Positions 1 to 9,030 of a DNA stretch of 64,000 bases are shown one piece after another. A program made the position numbers and the translations under genes. Where the stretch lies: positions 2,272,001 through 2,336,000 of the forward strand of contig OZ219754.1 of NCBI GenBank assembly GCA_964291295.2. Direction: 5' to 3'. Numbering within the stretch: the stretch's first letter is position 1; each line of letters starts with the position of its first letter. Source of the stretch: an uncultured Candidatus Binatia bacterium (GTDB taxonomy: Bacteria > Desulfobacterota > Binatia > UBA9968 > JAJDTQ01). The notes under the pieces were generated by a model. It was not told the origin of the DNA, did no database searches, and saw only the letters and a list, made by a program, of their open reading frames with translations.

Positions 1-1
1 G

Positions 2-217
2 AACGCCGTTCCCGGCGGATTCGCAAATACCGTCGAACAACTTCGTGGCATTTTGAATTTGACCCCGAGCGAAGACGGCAGCCTGTATGAGGTGAGGGAG
101 TACAGCGGCCATTTCTTCGGACCGAACGGCGAAGAGGTGGGCGGCGTGTTCGATGTCACGTCCAAGGACAAGAAGAGCGGCGAGTTTCGCGGCTCCTTCG
201 GTGGCCGCAGGGAGTAA
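2..217 (+). CDS. 3' end of a gene with a transferrin-binding-protein-like C-terminal beta-barrel (partial at window edge)
   Basis: Frame 2 reads ...YSGHFFGPNGEEVGGVFDV...GEFRGSFGGRRE* (TAA 215-217); the G-x-F-x-G-P...E-x-G-G...G-x-F-G-G pattern is typical of TbpB-like barrels; not in the ORF track. Confidence 0.7.
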   Translation, partial: NAVPGGFANTVEQLRGILNLTPSEDGSLYEVREYSGHFFGPNGEEVGGVFDVTSKDKKSGEFRGSFGGRRE

Positions 218-551
218 CAGGCCGCCGTCATCGGCAGTGGTTCACCGAGCGGGCGGCTTTGAGAGAAGCTGCGGCATCGGGCAGGGAGCGAAACCTGGCG
301 TAGGGCGTGCAGACGTTGCCAAGGCGATGGACGCGCCGGATGGGGCCGGGTGGGAAACATCACGTTTTCCGGCTCACGTTGCCTTGGGCAACACTGGGGG
401 TTTCATGCGAGGGAGCCTGCGACAGGATGCGGAATGCCGTTTGGGGGGTGCGGCGGTTTTGCAGTGCTTTCCCGGCGGTTCTCGTCCAGCCGCCATGGCG
501 GTGGTTGTCGCCACTTCGGAGCATCGTTCGTAATATCGGTCAGGGCAGCGA

Positions 552-1334
552 ATGGTTGAACAACTCAAGGAGCTCGGCACCATCACCCTCAGTCTCACGC
601 TCTTCACGGCGCTGTGGGAACTCTCGGTGTGGCTCTTCTCGGTGTCCGAGTTTCTGTTGCCGGCGCCGTCGCAGGTGCTCGTCACCCTGGTTCTCAAGAT
701 CGGTCCACTTCTCGAACACTGCCTCGTGACCTTTCGGGAAACCGTCTACGGATTTCTGATGGGGCTGGTGCTGGGGGTGATTTCCGCGGTCATGATCGTC
801 TACTCCCGGCTGCTCCAGAACCTTCTCTATCCGCTGATCCTGGTCGCCCAGATTGTCCCCAAGGTGGCCATTGCGCCGCTCCTGCTGGTGTGGGTGGGGT
901 ATGGCGAGATCTCCAAGGTGCTCATCGCGTTCCTGGTTTCCTGGTTTCCCATCATCGTCACCACGGTCCAGGGCATGCGCATGGTGCAGCCCGAGATGCT
1001 GGATCTGGTCAAGTCGCTGCAGGCCACGGACTGGCAGATCTTCACCAAGGTGCGCCTGCCCAACGCGCTGCCGCACTTCTTCGGCGGCCTCAAGATCGCC
1101 ATCACGCTGGCGGTCATCGGCGCCATCATCGGCGAGTTCGTGGGTGGCAACACGGGCCTCGGCTACCTGGTCATGGTCGCCAACTACGAAGTCAACACGC
1201 CGCTCATGTTCGCGGCCCTCATCGTGCTGTCGGTGCTGGGCCTGGTACTCTACGGTGTGCTGGTGTTGCTGGAGTTGTGGCTGATCCCGTGGAGCATCGG
1301 CGAAGAGGATCAGCCGGCAAGTTTCGGCATGTAG
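552..1334 (+). CDS. ABC transporter permease (SsuC/TauC/NitT family)
   Basis: Six hydrophobic segments, LPAPSQV, PKVAIAPL, EAA-like loop, IIGEFVG..GLGYL. Confidence 0.93.
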   Translation: MVEQLKELGTITLSLTLFTALWELSVWLFSVSEFLLPAPSQVLVTLVLKIGPLLEHCLVTFRETVYGFLMGLVLGVISAVMIVYSRLLQNLLYPLILVAQIVPKVAIAPLLLVWVGYGEISKVLIAFLVSWFPIIVTTVQGMRMVQPEMLDLVKSLQATDWQIFTKVRLPNALPHFFGGLKIAITLAVIGAIIGEFVGGNTGLGYLVMVANYEVNTPLMFAALIVLSVLGLVLYGVLVLLELWLIPWSIGEEDQPASFGM

Positions 1335-1379
1335 CCGCGCGCCATCGGATGCCAGGACGCTGAATCGGGACGGCAAGGG

Positions 1380-2153
1380 ATGACGGAAGCCAGCAAGGCC
1401 ATCGAGGTCAGGCACCTCACCAAGATCTATCCTTCCAAGGACGCGCCCATCGTCGCGCTGGAAGAGGCCACCTTCGATGTCTACGATCAGGAGTTCATCT
1501 CGCTGGTCGGCCACAGCGGCTGCGGCAAGACCACCATCATGAAGATCATCGCGGGCCTGCTCGACAAGACCCGTGGCGACGTGCTGGTGAACGGCACGCC
1601 GGTGACCGGGCCCCGATCCAGCACCGGGATCGTGTTCCAGACGCCGGTGCTGTTCCAGTGGCGCTCGGTGATCGAGAACGTGCTGCTTCCGGTAGAAATC
1701 CTGGGCCTTTCCAGGAAGGAATACTATCCCAGGGCGCTTGAGATGCTGGAGCTTACCGGGCTGACGGAGTTCAGGGAGAAGTACCCCAGGGAGCTTTCCG
1801 GAGGCATGCAGCAACGCGTCTCCATCAGCCGCGCGCTGGTGCACGAGCCGTCGCTGCTGCTGCTGGACGAGCCCTTCGGCGCCCTGGACGCCATGACCCG
1901 GGGCGAGATGAACATGGAGTTGCAGCGCATCTGGAGCGAGAAGAAAAAGACCAGCCTGCTCATCACCCACAGCATACCGGAGGCGGTTTTTCTGGCCGAC
2001 CGGGTCATGGTGATGACTCCCCGGCCGGGCCATATCGCCGACATCATCGACATCGGCCTGCCGCGGCCGCGGACGCCGGAGATGAGACTGTCGGCGGAAT
2101 TCACCGAATGCGTGCGAGAGGTGGGAAAGACCATTGGATTGCAGTATCTGTGA
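1380..2153 (+). CDS. ABC transporter ATP-binding protein (SsuB/TauB family)
   Basis: Walker A GHSGCGKT, signature LSGGMQQR, Walker B LLLLDEPFGALD. Confidence 0.95.
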   Translation: MTEASKAIEVRHLTKIYPSKDAPIVALEEATFDVYDQEFISLVGHSGCGKTTIMKIIAGLLDKTRGDVLVNGTPVTGPRSSTGIVFQTPVLFQWRSVIENVLLPVEILGLSRKEYYPRALEMLELTGLTEFREKYPRELSGGMQQRVSISRALVHEPSLLLLDEPFGALDAMTRGEMNMELQRIWSEKKKTSLLITHSIPEAVFLADRVMVMTPRPGHIADIIDIGLPRPRTPEMRLSAEFTECVREVGKTIGLQYL

Positions 2154-2220
2154 CGGCGACGGAACGGAGCCGTGACAGGGACCGTAATGGAGTCACAGAA
2201 AGACTCGGGAGGGACACGAC

Positions 2221-3225
2221 ATGAACCGCACATACATCGCGCTGGCGATATTCCTGTTGTATCTGGTCGGTGCCGCCATCGCGTCGGCCGCAGACAAGGT
2301 GAAGTTCGCGCTGGACTGGATCCCCTACGGGAAGCACGCCATGTTCTACGCGAGCATCGACAAGGGATTCTGGAAGGAAGCCGGCCTGGACGTGGCCATG
2401 ACCCGCGGATTCGGCTCCGGCGACACCGTCAAGCGGGTGGCCTCCGGCACCGAGGACTTCGGCTTCGCGTCCGTGGGGAACATGATTGCCGCCCGGTCCC
2501 GGGGCGCCCAGCTCAAGATGGTGGGCATGATCCACGACAAGACCCTGGAGACCGTCGCCACGCTGGTGGGCAACGGGATCACCAGGCCGTCCGACCTGGA
2601 AGGGAAGCGCATCGGCTCGCCCGAGGCCAATGCCTCCCGGGTCATCTTTCCGGCTTTCGCCAACATCAACAAGTTCGATGACGGCAAGGTCACCTGGGTC
2701 AACATGACCGTGCCTGCCACCACCCCGAGCCTCATGGCGGGCCGGGTGGACGCCATCCTGATCTTCTACACGGAGAAGCCGACCGTGGACAAGGCATCGA
2801 AGGTCGCCGGGAAGAAGCCGCTGTACATGCTCTACGCGGACCACGGCATGTCCACCTACGGCAACGGTCTGCTCGTGTCCGAGAAGACCCTCAGGGAGAA
2901 GCCGGACCTGGTGACCCGGTTCCTGGCCGCCACCTACAAGGGCATCGCCTGGTCGGTGGAGAATCCCCAGGAGGCCGTGGACATTTTCATCAAGCACAAT
3001 CCGGCCATCAGCCCGGATCTGGCGCGGGCGCATTTCGACATCGCGGTGGACTCGCTGCTGTCCGCCAATGCCATGAAGGAAGGCATCGGCCACATGACCC
3101 GGGACCGCATGGTGTTCACCAACAATCTCATCACCAAGCACATGAAGCTTCCCAGGGAGACGGCGGTGGAGAACGTCTATACCAACACGTTCCTGCCGAA
3201 GCTCTTTCCGAAGCGGGCGAAGTAG
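2221..3225 (+). CDS. ABC transporter substrate-binding protein (NMT1/THI5/SsuA-like)
   Basis: Signal peptide, KFALDW..GKHA.FY...DKGFW..AGLDV, DLEGKRIG, YGNGL. Confidence 0.9.
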   Translation: MNRTYIALAIFLLYLVGAAIASAADKVKFALDWIPYGKHAMFYASIDKGFWKEAGLDVAMTRGFGSGDTVKRVASGTEDFGFASVGNMIAARSRGAQLKMVGMIHDKTLETVATLVGNGITRPSDLEGKRIGSPEANASRVIFPAFANINKFDDGKVTWVNMTVPATTPSLMAGRVDAILIFYTEKPTVDKASKVAGKKPLYMLYADHGMSTYGNGLLVSEKTLREKPDLVTRFLAATYKGIAWSVENPQEAVDIFIKHNPAISPDLARAHFDIAVDSLLSANAMKEGIGHMTRDRMVFTNNLITKHMKLPRETAVENVYTNTFLPKLFPKRAK

Positions 3226-3480
3226 TCGCCGGCCGGACCGCGGCGGGTGCGGGGCCGCGGCGGATCGCCGGTCGTCAGGACGGGCGGGGGTCCGCCGCGG
3301 ATACGGACCCCACCGGCCGAGGACCCTGTGCTTTGCACCTTTGCCAGGCATCGCATCATCCTTGCTCCGCAGGGTCCCTGCCCCGCGTGCTTCAAGGTGG
3401 CCTGTTTCGCGGCGGCCTGCGAGGTCGGAACCGGGATCTTGTGAAGGACGGATGCGTCCCGTTCGCCGGAAGGAACCGAC

Positions 3481-4563
3481 ATGAGTGAACCGTTCGTCAG
3501 CAACCAGGAGCTTGTGGTCGAGGCCAGGCGCAACCTGCCCCAGCCGGTGTGGGACTATCTGAGCGGGGGCAGCGAGTCGGAGACCACCATGCGCCGCAAC
3601 CGGCTGGCCCTGGACTCGCTGGCGCTTCGTCCGCGGGTGCTGGTGGACGTCTCCGAGGTGGACCCCTCCACCACCGTGCTCGGCCACAAGCTGCGCATCC
3701 CCGTCATGCTGGCCCCCATAGGCTCGCTTCAGCAGATCACCCCGGAGGGTGCCGTGGCCGCCGCCAGGGCGGCCGACGAGTTCGGCACGGTCAACTTCGT
3801 CAGTTCGGTCACCCAGCCCGACCTGGAGGAGACCGCGGCCGCCACGCCGTCGGACAAGATATTCCAGTTGTACATCCGCGGAGGCCTGGACTGGGTCGAG
3901 GAGATCCTGACACGGGTCCGGCGGTCGGGATACAAGGCCCTGTGCCTGACCGTGGACTCCGCCCATTACAGCAACCGGGAGCGGCAGTTGATGAACCGCT
4001 GGCTGCCGCCCAGCAAGCGGCGGGAGGCCGCCAACCAGGACCGGCTGTGGCAGGCCCGGCTCACCTGGGAGACCATGGACGCCATCAGGGAGATCGGCGG
4101 GATGCCGTTCATCCTCAAGGGCGTGGCCACCGCGGAGGACGCGGCTCTGGCCCTGGAGCACGGCGTGGACGTCGTCTATGTCTCCAACCACGGCGGCCGC
4201 CAGCTCGACCACGGGCAGGGGACCATGGAGATGCTTCCGGAGATCGTCCAGGCGGTGGGCGGCCGGGCCGAGATCGTCATCGACGGCGGCTTCCTGAGAG
4301 GCACCGACGTGCTCAAGGCGGTGGCGCTGGGCGCCAGGGCGGTGACCATCGGCAAGCTGCAGGGCTGGGCCCTGGGAGCGGCCGGCCATGAAGGGTTGGT
4401 GCGCGCGCTGCAGCTCCTGGAGAACGAGATCGTCATCGCCATGGGCCTTCTGGGGGTGACGCGGATCGACCAGCTCACGCCGGCCCACGTCTGCAAGGCG
4501 CCCCCGGCGATGCTGCCGACCGAGATGAGCACCTTCGTCAATCTGCCGCAGCGGTTGTTGTAA
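3481..4563 (+). CDS. FMN-dependent alpha-hydroxy acid oxidase/dehydrogenase
   Basis: ILKGV..AEDA, VSNHGGRQLD, IDGGFLRGTDVLKAVALGA motifs. Confidence 0.95.
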   Translation: MSEPFVSNQELVVEARRNLPQPVWDYLSGGSESETTMRRNRLALDSLALRPRVLVDVSEVDPSTTVLGHKLRIPVMLAPIGSLQQITPEGAVAAARAADEFGTVNFVSSVTQPDLEETAAATPSDKIFQLYIRGGLDWVEEILTRVRRSGYKALCLTVDSAHYSNRERQLMNRWLPPSKRREAANQDRLWQARLTWETMDAIREIGGMPFILKGVATAEDAALALEHGVDVVYVSNHGGRQLDHGQGTMEMLPEIVQAVGGRAEIVIDGGFLRGTDVLKAVALGARAVTIGKLQGWALGAAGHEGLVRALQLLENEIVIAMGLLGVTRIDQLTPAHVCKAPPAMLPTEMSTFVNLPQRLL

Positions 4564-4587
4564 CCGGGCCGCCGGGCCGTTCCACCC

Positions 4588-6012
4588 TCAGTTCCGCCGT
4601 CCCTTTCTTCCCCGCAGCAGCGAGCAGGTCACGGCCGCCAGGGCGATGGCCGTGGTGACGAGAAAGGTGTCCTGAAGTGCCAGCGTGAAGTGCACCGGGT
4701 GCGCGGCCGCGGGCAGCGCGTCCGGGTCGCCGGCGTGCATCCGGAAGGCCACGGTCATGATGAAGTTCCCCACGGTCACGCCCAGGACGTTGCCCAGCCC
4801 GAACATGGTGTAGAGCGTGCCGGTGGCCACGCCCCGGTGTTCGAAGGGGGCCGACGCGATCAGCGCGGTATGGTTTGCCGGGAAGAAGAGGGCGGTCCCC
4901 AGTCCTCCAAGCGCCAGCACGACGGCTGGCAGCATCCAGTGGGAGTTCGGCTGGAACCAGACCCCGAGGACGGACGCCACCGCGAACAGCGCCGCGCCGG
5001 CGGTGGCGGGAATCTTCGGGCCGGCCCTGTCCGAGAGGATGCCGCCCACCGGCGACAGCGTGGCCGCGAAGAGCGGCGCGCTGATGAACAGGATGCCCAT
5101 GAACGACGGGGTCAGCCGCAGCACGTCCTGCAGGTAGAACGGCAGCAGATAGACGGTCAGGGTCATGACGATGGAGATCAGCAACAGCGTCACCGTGCTG
5201 ACGGCGAACATCCGGATGCGGAAGAGCGCCAGGTGCAGGATCGGGCTTGGAGCGCGGTTCTCGCGCCAGACGAAGCCGGCCATCAGCACCCCCAGGCCGA
5301 TCACCGCGCCGGCGCGCCCGGCTGGGGCGAGCGACTCCATGGCCTGACGGTCGAGAACCGCCATGAGTGCCAGGGTCGCCGCCACCAGAAGCGCGGCTCC
5401 GGGGTAGTCGATGGCGGGACGTTCGTGCTTCGGACGCTCCGCAACCGGCCCCTCCCGGCGCCGCCGAAAGGCCAGTACCAGCGCCGTTGCCACCGCGCCC
5501 AGCGGAACCAGAAAGAAGAACACGCCGCGCCAGTGGATGTACTGGATGATGAATCCGCCCAGCCCCGGTCCGAGAAGGAAGCCGCCGTGGTGCGCCGTGG
5601 TCATGAGCCCTTGTGCCCGGCCCCTGGACTCCTCGGTCGAAGCGTCCATGGCCAGCGCCCGGCCCTGGGCCTGGATCATGGCGGCGCCGAGCCCCTGGAG
5701 CACCCGGTAGAATATCAGTTGGCCGATGTTCCCGGACAATCCGCACAGAAACGAGCTTGCGGTGAAGAGCACGATGCCCTGGAGGTAGACGTTCTGGCGT
5801 CCATGGACGTCCCCGATCCGCCCGAAGACCAGCGACAGCGAAGCGGTGGCCAGCTGGAAGGAGATCAGCGCCCACGAAATCCCCACCATGCCGGTATAGA
5901 GCCCGGTGGCAAGCGACGGCATGGAGACCGCGAAGATGCGGCTGGCCGTCCCGGTGGTGAAGGTGACCAGCAGGGTCGTGGCCAGCAGCAGGGCATTGGT
6001 GCGGGATGTCAT
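4588..6012 (-). CDS. MFS transporter (DHA2/EmrB-like, about 14 TM)
   Basis: FGRIGDVHGR motif A, RVLQGLGAA, IDYPGA, P.LHLALFR; likely start MTSRTN at 6012 rather than 6279. Confidence 0.9.
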   Translation of the reverse strand: MTSRTNALLLATTLLVTFTTGTASRIFAVSMPSLATGLYTGMVGISWALISFQLATASLSLVFGRIGDVHGRQNVYLQGIVLFTASSFLCGLSGNIGQLIFYRVLQGLGAAMIQAQGRALAMDASTEESRGRAQGLMTTAHHGGFLLGPGLGGFIIQYIHWRGVFFFLVPLGAVATALVLAFRRRREGPVAERPKHERPAIDYPGAALLVAATLALMAVLDRQAMESLAPAGRAGAVIGLGVLMAGFVWRENRAPSPILHLALFRIRMFAVSTVTLLLISIVMTLTVYLLPFYLQDVLRLTPSFMGILFISAPLFAATLSPVGGILSDRAGPKIPATAGAALFAVASVLGVWFQPNSHWMLPAVVLALGGLGTALFFPANHTALIASAPFEHRGVATGTLYTMFGLGNVLGVTVGNFIMTVAFRMHAGDPDALPAAAHPVHFTLALQDTFLVTTAIALAAVTCSLLRGRKGRRN

Positions 6013-6040
6013 GCTGAATCGTGAGCAGTTGGCAAAACGA

Positions 6041-6070
6041 GAGACATGACAGAACATGACACAACATGAC
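6041..6070. repeat. Three imperfect 10-bp direct repeats (nnnACATGAC) upstream of the MFS gene
   Basis: gagacatgac agaacatgac acaacatgac. Confidence 0.6.
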
Positions 6071-6454
6071 AAGGCAGATTCACCTTTCCGGATCGTTGGG
6101 ACAGACGGGAGCGGAGCAGGAACCGGCCTGCTCTCGGCGACCACAAGCTGTTGCCAATAAAAAATTTTGCCTTTCCCGACGATTCGTCGTATCACCCGGA
6201 GAGGGGTCTGGCGGGAGCGGAGCGACCCGCCAATTGCATGCCGGTCGATTTCTGGGTGAAGACAGGGCTTCTTGCACAATGTCCGGAATCCGGGAAGCGT
6301 TCGGCCAGGCGGTGATGGAAGGTCCGGTGGCGCCGGACGAGGGCGGGCACGGCCCGGCAGGCTGCGGCGTGGCCGTCGTCTGCTTCATCGCCGTCACCCT
6401 TCGAGCCAGGGGTTTCGGACGGGCAGAGAGTCTGCGGAGCCGGAGATTGGAGCC

Positions 6455-6967
6455 TTGGGCACTGTCAAGCTGAACAGGCGGGCGATAGACGGCCTGACCG
6501 TGGAACGCGGCAACCGGGTGTTCTGGGACAGCGAGTTGCAGGGCTTCGGGGTGCGCGTCCATGCGAGCGGGCGCAAGGTCCATGTGGCGCAGACGCGCGC
6601 GGGCGGCCCGCACCCCGTTCGCGTGACGGTGGGGCGCGCGAGAATCCGCGAGCGCGCCGGGCTGGAGGACATGCACCTGCATGACTGCCGGCACAGTTTC
6701 GCCTCCCGGGCGCTGGCGCTCGGCGAGAGCCTGCCGATGATCGGCAGTATGCTCGGCCACAGCGAGGTGAAGACGACCGCGCGCTACGCGCATCTCGCCC
6801 GGGACTCCGTGCATGAGGCCGGAGAGCGGGTCGCCGCGAGGATCGAGGGGCTGCTGGAACGGGATTGTCCGCCGACCCGGGCAGCCTCGACAGCGGCCTG
6901 TCATGTCCCCACAGGCGAACAGCCCGATGCCGGCGGCTTTCGACAGGCCGCCAGCGTTGGCCATTGA
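6455..6967 (+). pseudogene. Internally deleted tyrosine recombinase/integrase (arm-binding domain joined to catalytic C-terminal tail)
   Basis: KLNRRAIDGL...FWDSELQGFGVRV..SGRK (arm-binding) runs directly into LHDCRHSFAS...LGHSEVKTTARYAH; the core-binding domain is missing. Confidence 0.85.
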
Positions 6968-7023
6968 CATTGGATAGCATGATTTGATAGCACATGGGCC
7001 GTTATCGAACCGGAGGCATCGGC

Positions 7024-7281
7024 ATGAGCACAAGCATCGTCGTCCGCGACATCGACCCCGGAGACAAGTCCTGGCTGCGGCGCGAGGCCCGGCAGGCCGG
7101 GGTGTCGATGGAAGAACTGGTGCGCCGCCTGATCCGCGAAACGCGCGCTAAACGCGAACGCCAGCTAAAACCGTCCGAAGCCTTCGCGCGGTATTTCGGG
7201 GAGGAGCACGGCGTCGAGCTTCCGCCGCCGGCCCGCCTTGGCTACAGGCCGCTGTCGTTCTCCGGAGCGAAGGAGGAATGA
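7024..7281 (+). CDS. FitA-like ribbon-helix-helix antitoxin
   Basis: MSTSIVVRDID...LRREARQAGVSMEELVRRLI; ATGA overlap with the PIN toxin gene. Confidence 0.8.
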   Translation: MSTSIVVRDIDPGDKSWLRREARQAGVSMEELVRRLIRETRAKRERQLKPSEAFARYFGEEHGVELPPPARLGYRPLSFSGAKEE

Positions 7282-7727
7282 CGGTTCGGCTTGCATGGCT
7301 GGTCGACGCGAATGCGGTCTCCGAAATGATGCGGCCGCGGCCCGACCCGCAGGTCGCCGCCTTCCTCGATTCCATCGCCGACGAGGGGCTGGGCATCGCT
7401 TCCGTCACCGTCTGGGAGATTCTCAACGGTATCGGCCGGCTCGATCCCGGCCGGCGCCGACGCGAACTCGCCGAACGGTTCCGGGATCTTCTCGACGACC
7501 TGTTCGAGGACCGGGTCGTCGCGTGTTCTGCAGCGGATGCGCAGGCCTGCGCGCGGATCATGGAGGACAAGCGCCGGCGCGGCGAGCCGCTCGACGAGCA
7601 TGTTCCGGACGCCTTCCTCGCCGCCGCGGCGGCCGTGCGCGGTCTTGCCGTCATCACCCGCAATCGGGCGGAATTTCGGAACACCGGCGTCGAAACGGTG
7701 GATCCCTGGACCGGCCGCCAGTCTTGA
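7278..7727 (+). CDS. vapC: VapC/FitB PIN-domain toxin
   Basis: LVDANAVSE.MRPRPDPQV, SVTVWEI, D.FLAAAA...L..ITRN..EF..TGVETVDPW. Confidence 0.9.
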   Translation: MTVRLAWLVDANAVSEMMRPRPDPQVAAFLDSIADEGLGIASVTVWEILNGIGRLDPGRRRRELAERFRDLLDDLFEDRVVACSAADAQACARIMEDKRRRGEPLDEHVPDAFLAAAAAVRGLAVITRNRAEFRNTGVETVDPWTGRQS

Positions 7728-7821
7728 GCATCGCGTCGCACGCCGAGCCTTTGCCCTGTCTCTGTGAGAGCACCGGGCAGGTCGCCCGGTTCACGAACGG
7801 GCGCGACCCAAATCCGCACTC

Positions 7822-8443
7822 TTGGAGGTCTTCTCCTTCCATCGTCCGGAGACCCCGAATGGCCGGATCCGTCTACAGCGCGACCGGCTGCGCCGGGTCC
7901 GCCGCCGTGAGGGCCGTTACCTGCTGCGATCCAGCATGGTCGCCGAAGACCCCGCCACGCTGTGGCATCTGTACATGCAGCTCATCGAGATCGAGCAGGC
8001 GTTCAGGAACTCAAGCACGATCTCGCGATCCGCCCCATCTTCCATCAGCGCCAGGAGCGTATCGAGGCGCATATCTTCGTCTCGTTCATCGCCTGCTGCC
8101 TGCTGGTGACCCTGAAGAACCTCGCCCGGCCGCGCGCCTCGGGCCTCACCCCGCGGCCATGCTTGAGGCCTTCGCCACCATCCGGATGGTGGACGTCCAT
8201 CTGCCAACCACCGACGGCCGGCACCTCGTCCTGCCGCGCCACACTCGGCCGAACAAGGAGCATGAGCTACTGCTGCAACAGCTCGGCATGACTTGGCCGC
8301 AGCAACCCGCACCCCGGATCTCCACCTGACGGCACACGGCGGCGCCTCTCCGTTCGGCGCCTTGTAGTGCCGACCTTTGGGGAGCCGATCAAGGCTATTC
8401 AATGAGTTGGCATCCTCACGAACCCCGAGTTGCGGAAGCCGGG
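7822..8443 (+). mobile_element. IS1634-family transposase C-terminal remnant (frameshifted) with probable right end
   Basis: REGRYLLRS...LWHLYMQLIEIEQAFR / LKHDLAIRPIFHQRQERIEAHIFVSF / MVDVHLPTTDGRHLVLPRHTRP in three frames; ends in gagttgcggaagccggg. Confidence 0.85.
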
Positions 8444-9030
8444 TCAAGGTAACGGCGCTGGCGCGCGACGACGCGGTGGCACTGCACTACGAGATACATG
8501 GCAAGCCCTGCCCGGACCCGGACAACCGCCAAGTGTATGTCCACCTCGCCGACGATCTGCTGCAGGGTGCTTCCGGGCGAATCGCCACATCCCTCAAGCA
8601 TGCCGATAGCGCGCGTCTGCCTCACTTCCGGGCCCGCCCGTCACGGGCCGACGGAACGGTTACGGGAACATTGACGAAATGGTTGCACTTCCGGCTTCAC
8701 AAGTGGACAATTGGCCGCGCGGGATAGAAAACATCAGCTCTCGATTTGAAGACATATCAGGTGATACAACTTCAACTCATTGATATAAAACCGTTATTTT
8801 TCTGAAAAATAGGAAACAGGACAGTAGACAGTTACGTGTAGCCGGGGAAGATTCGAACAAGCCGATGGCGAGCCGCGGAACTGCTCGCCGTCTGCTGTTT
8901 CCATTGATTCAGCTTTGGCGGATCAGCCCAGCCCCGGCGCATGTTCAGACCTTCCGTAGCAGATCGGATCGGGCGGTGCGAGGAACGGCGCGCTCCGGCC
9001 GCGGGTGTTCGAGCTTCACAGGTGGTTGCA

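Noticed and set aside
2101-4488. Long minus-strand ORFs (also 26606-29563 and 47190-49835)
   Set aside because: Antisense to well-supported genes with clear family motifs.
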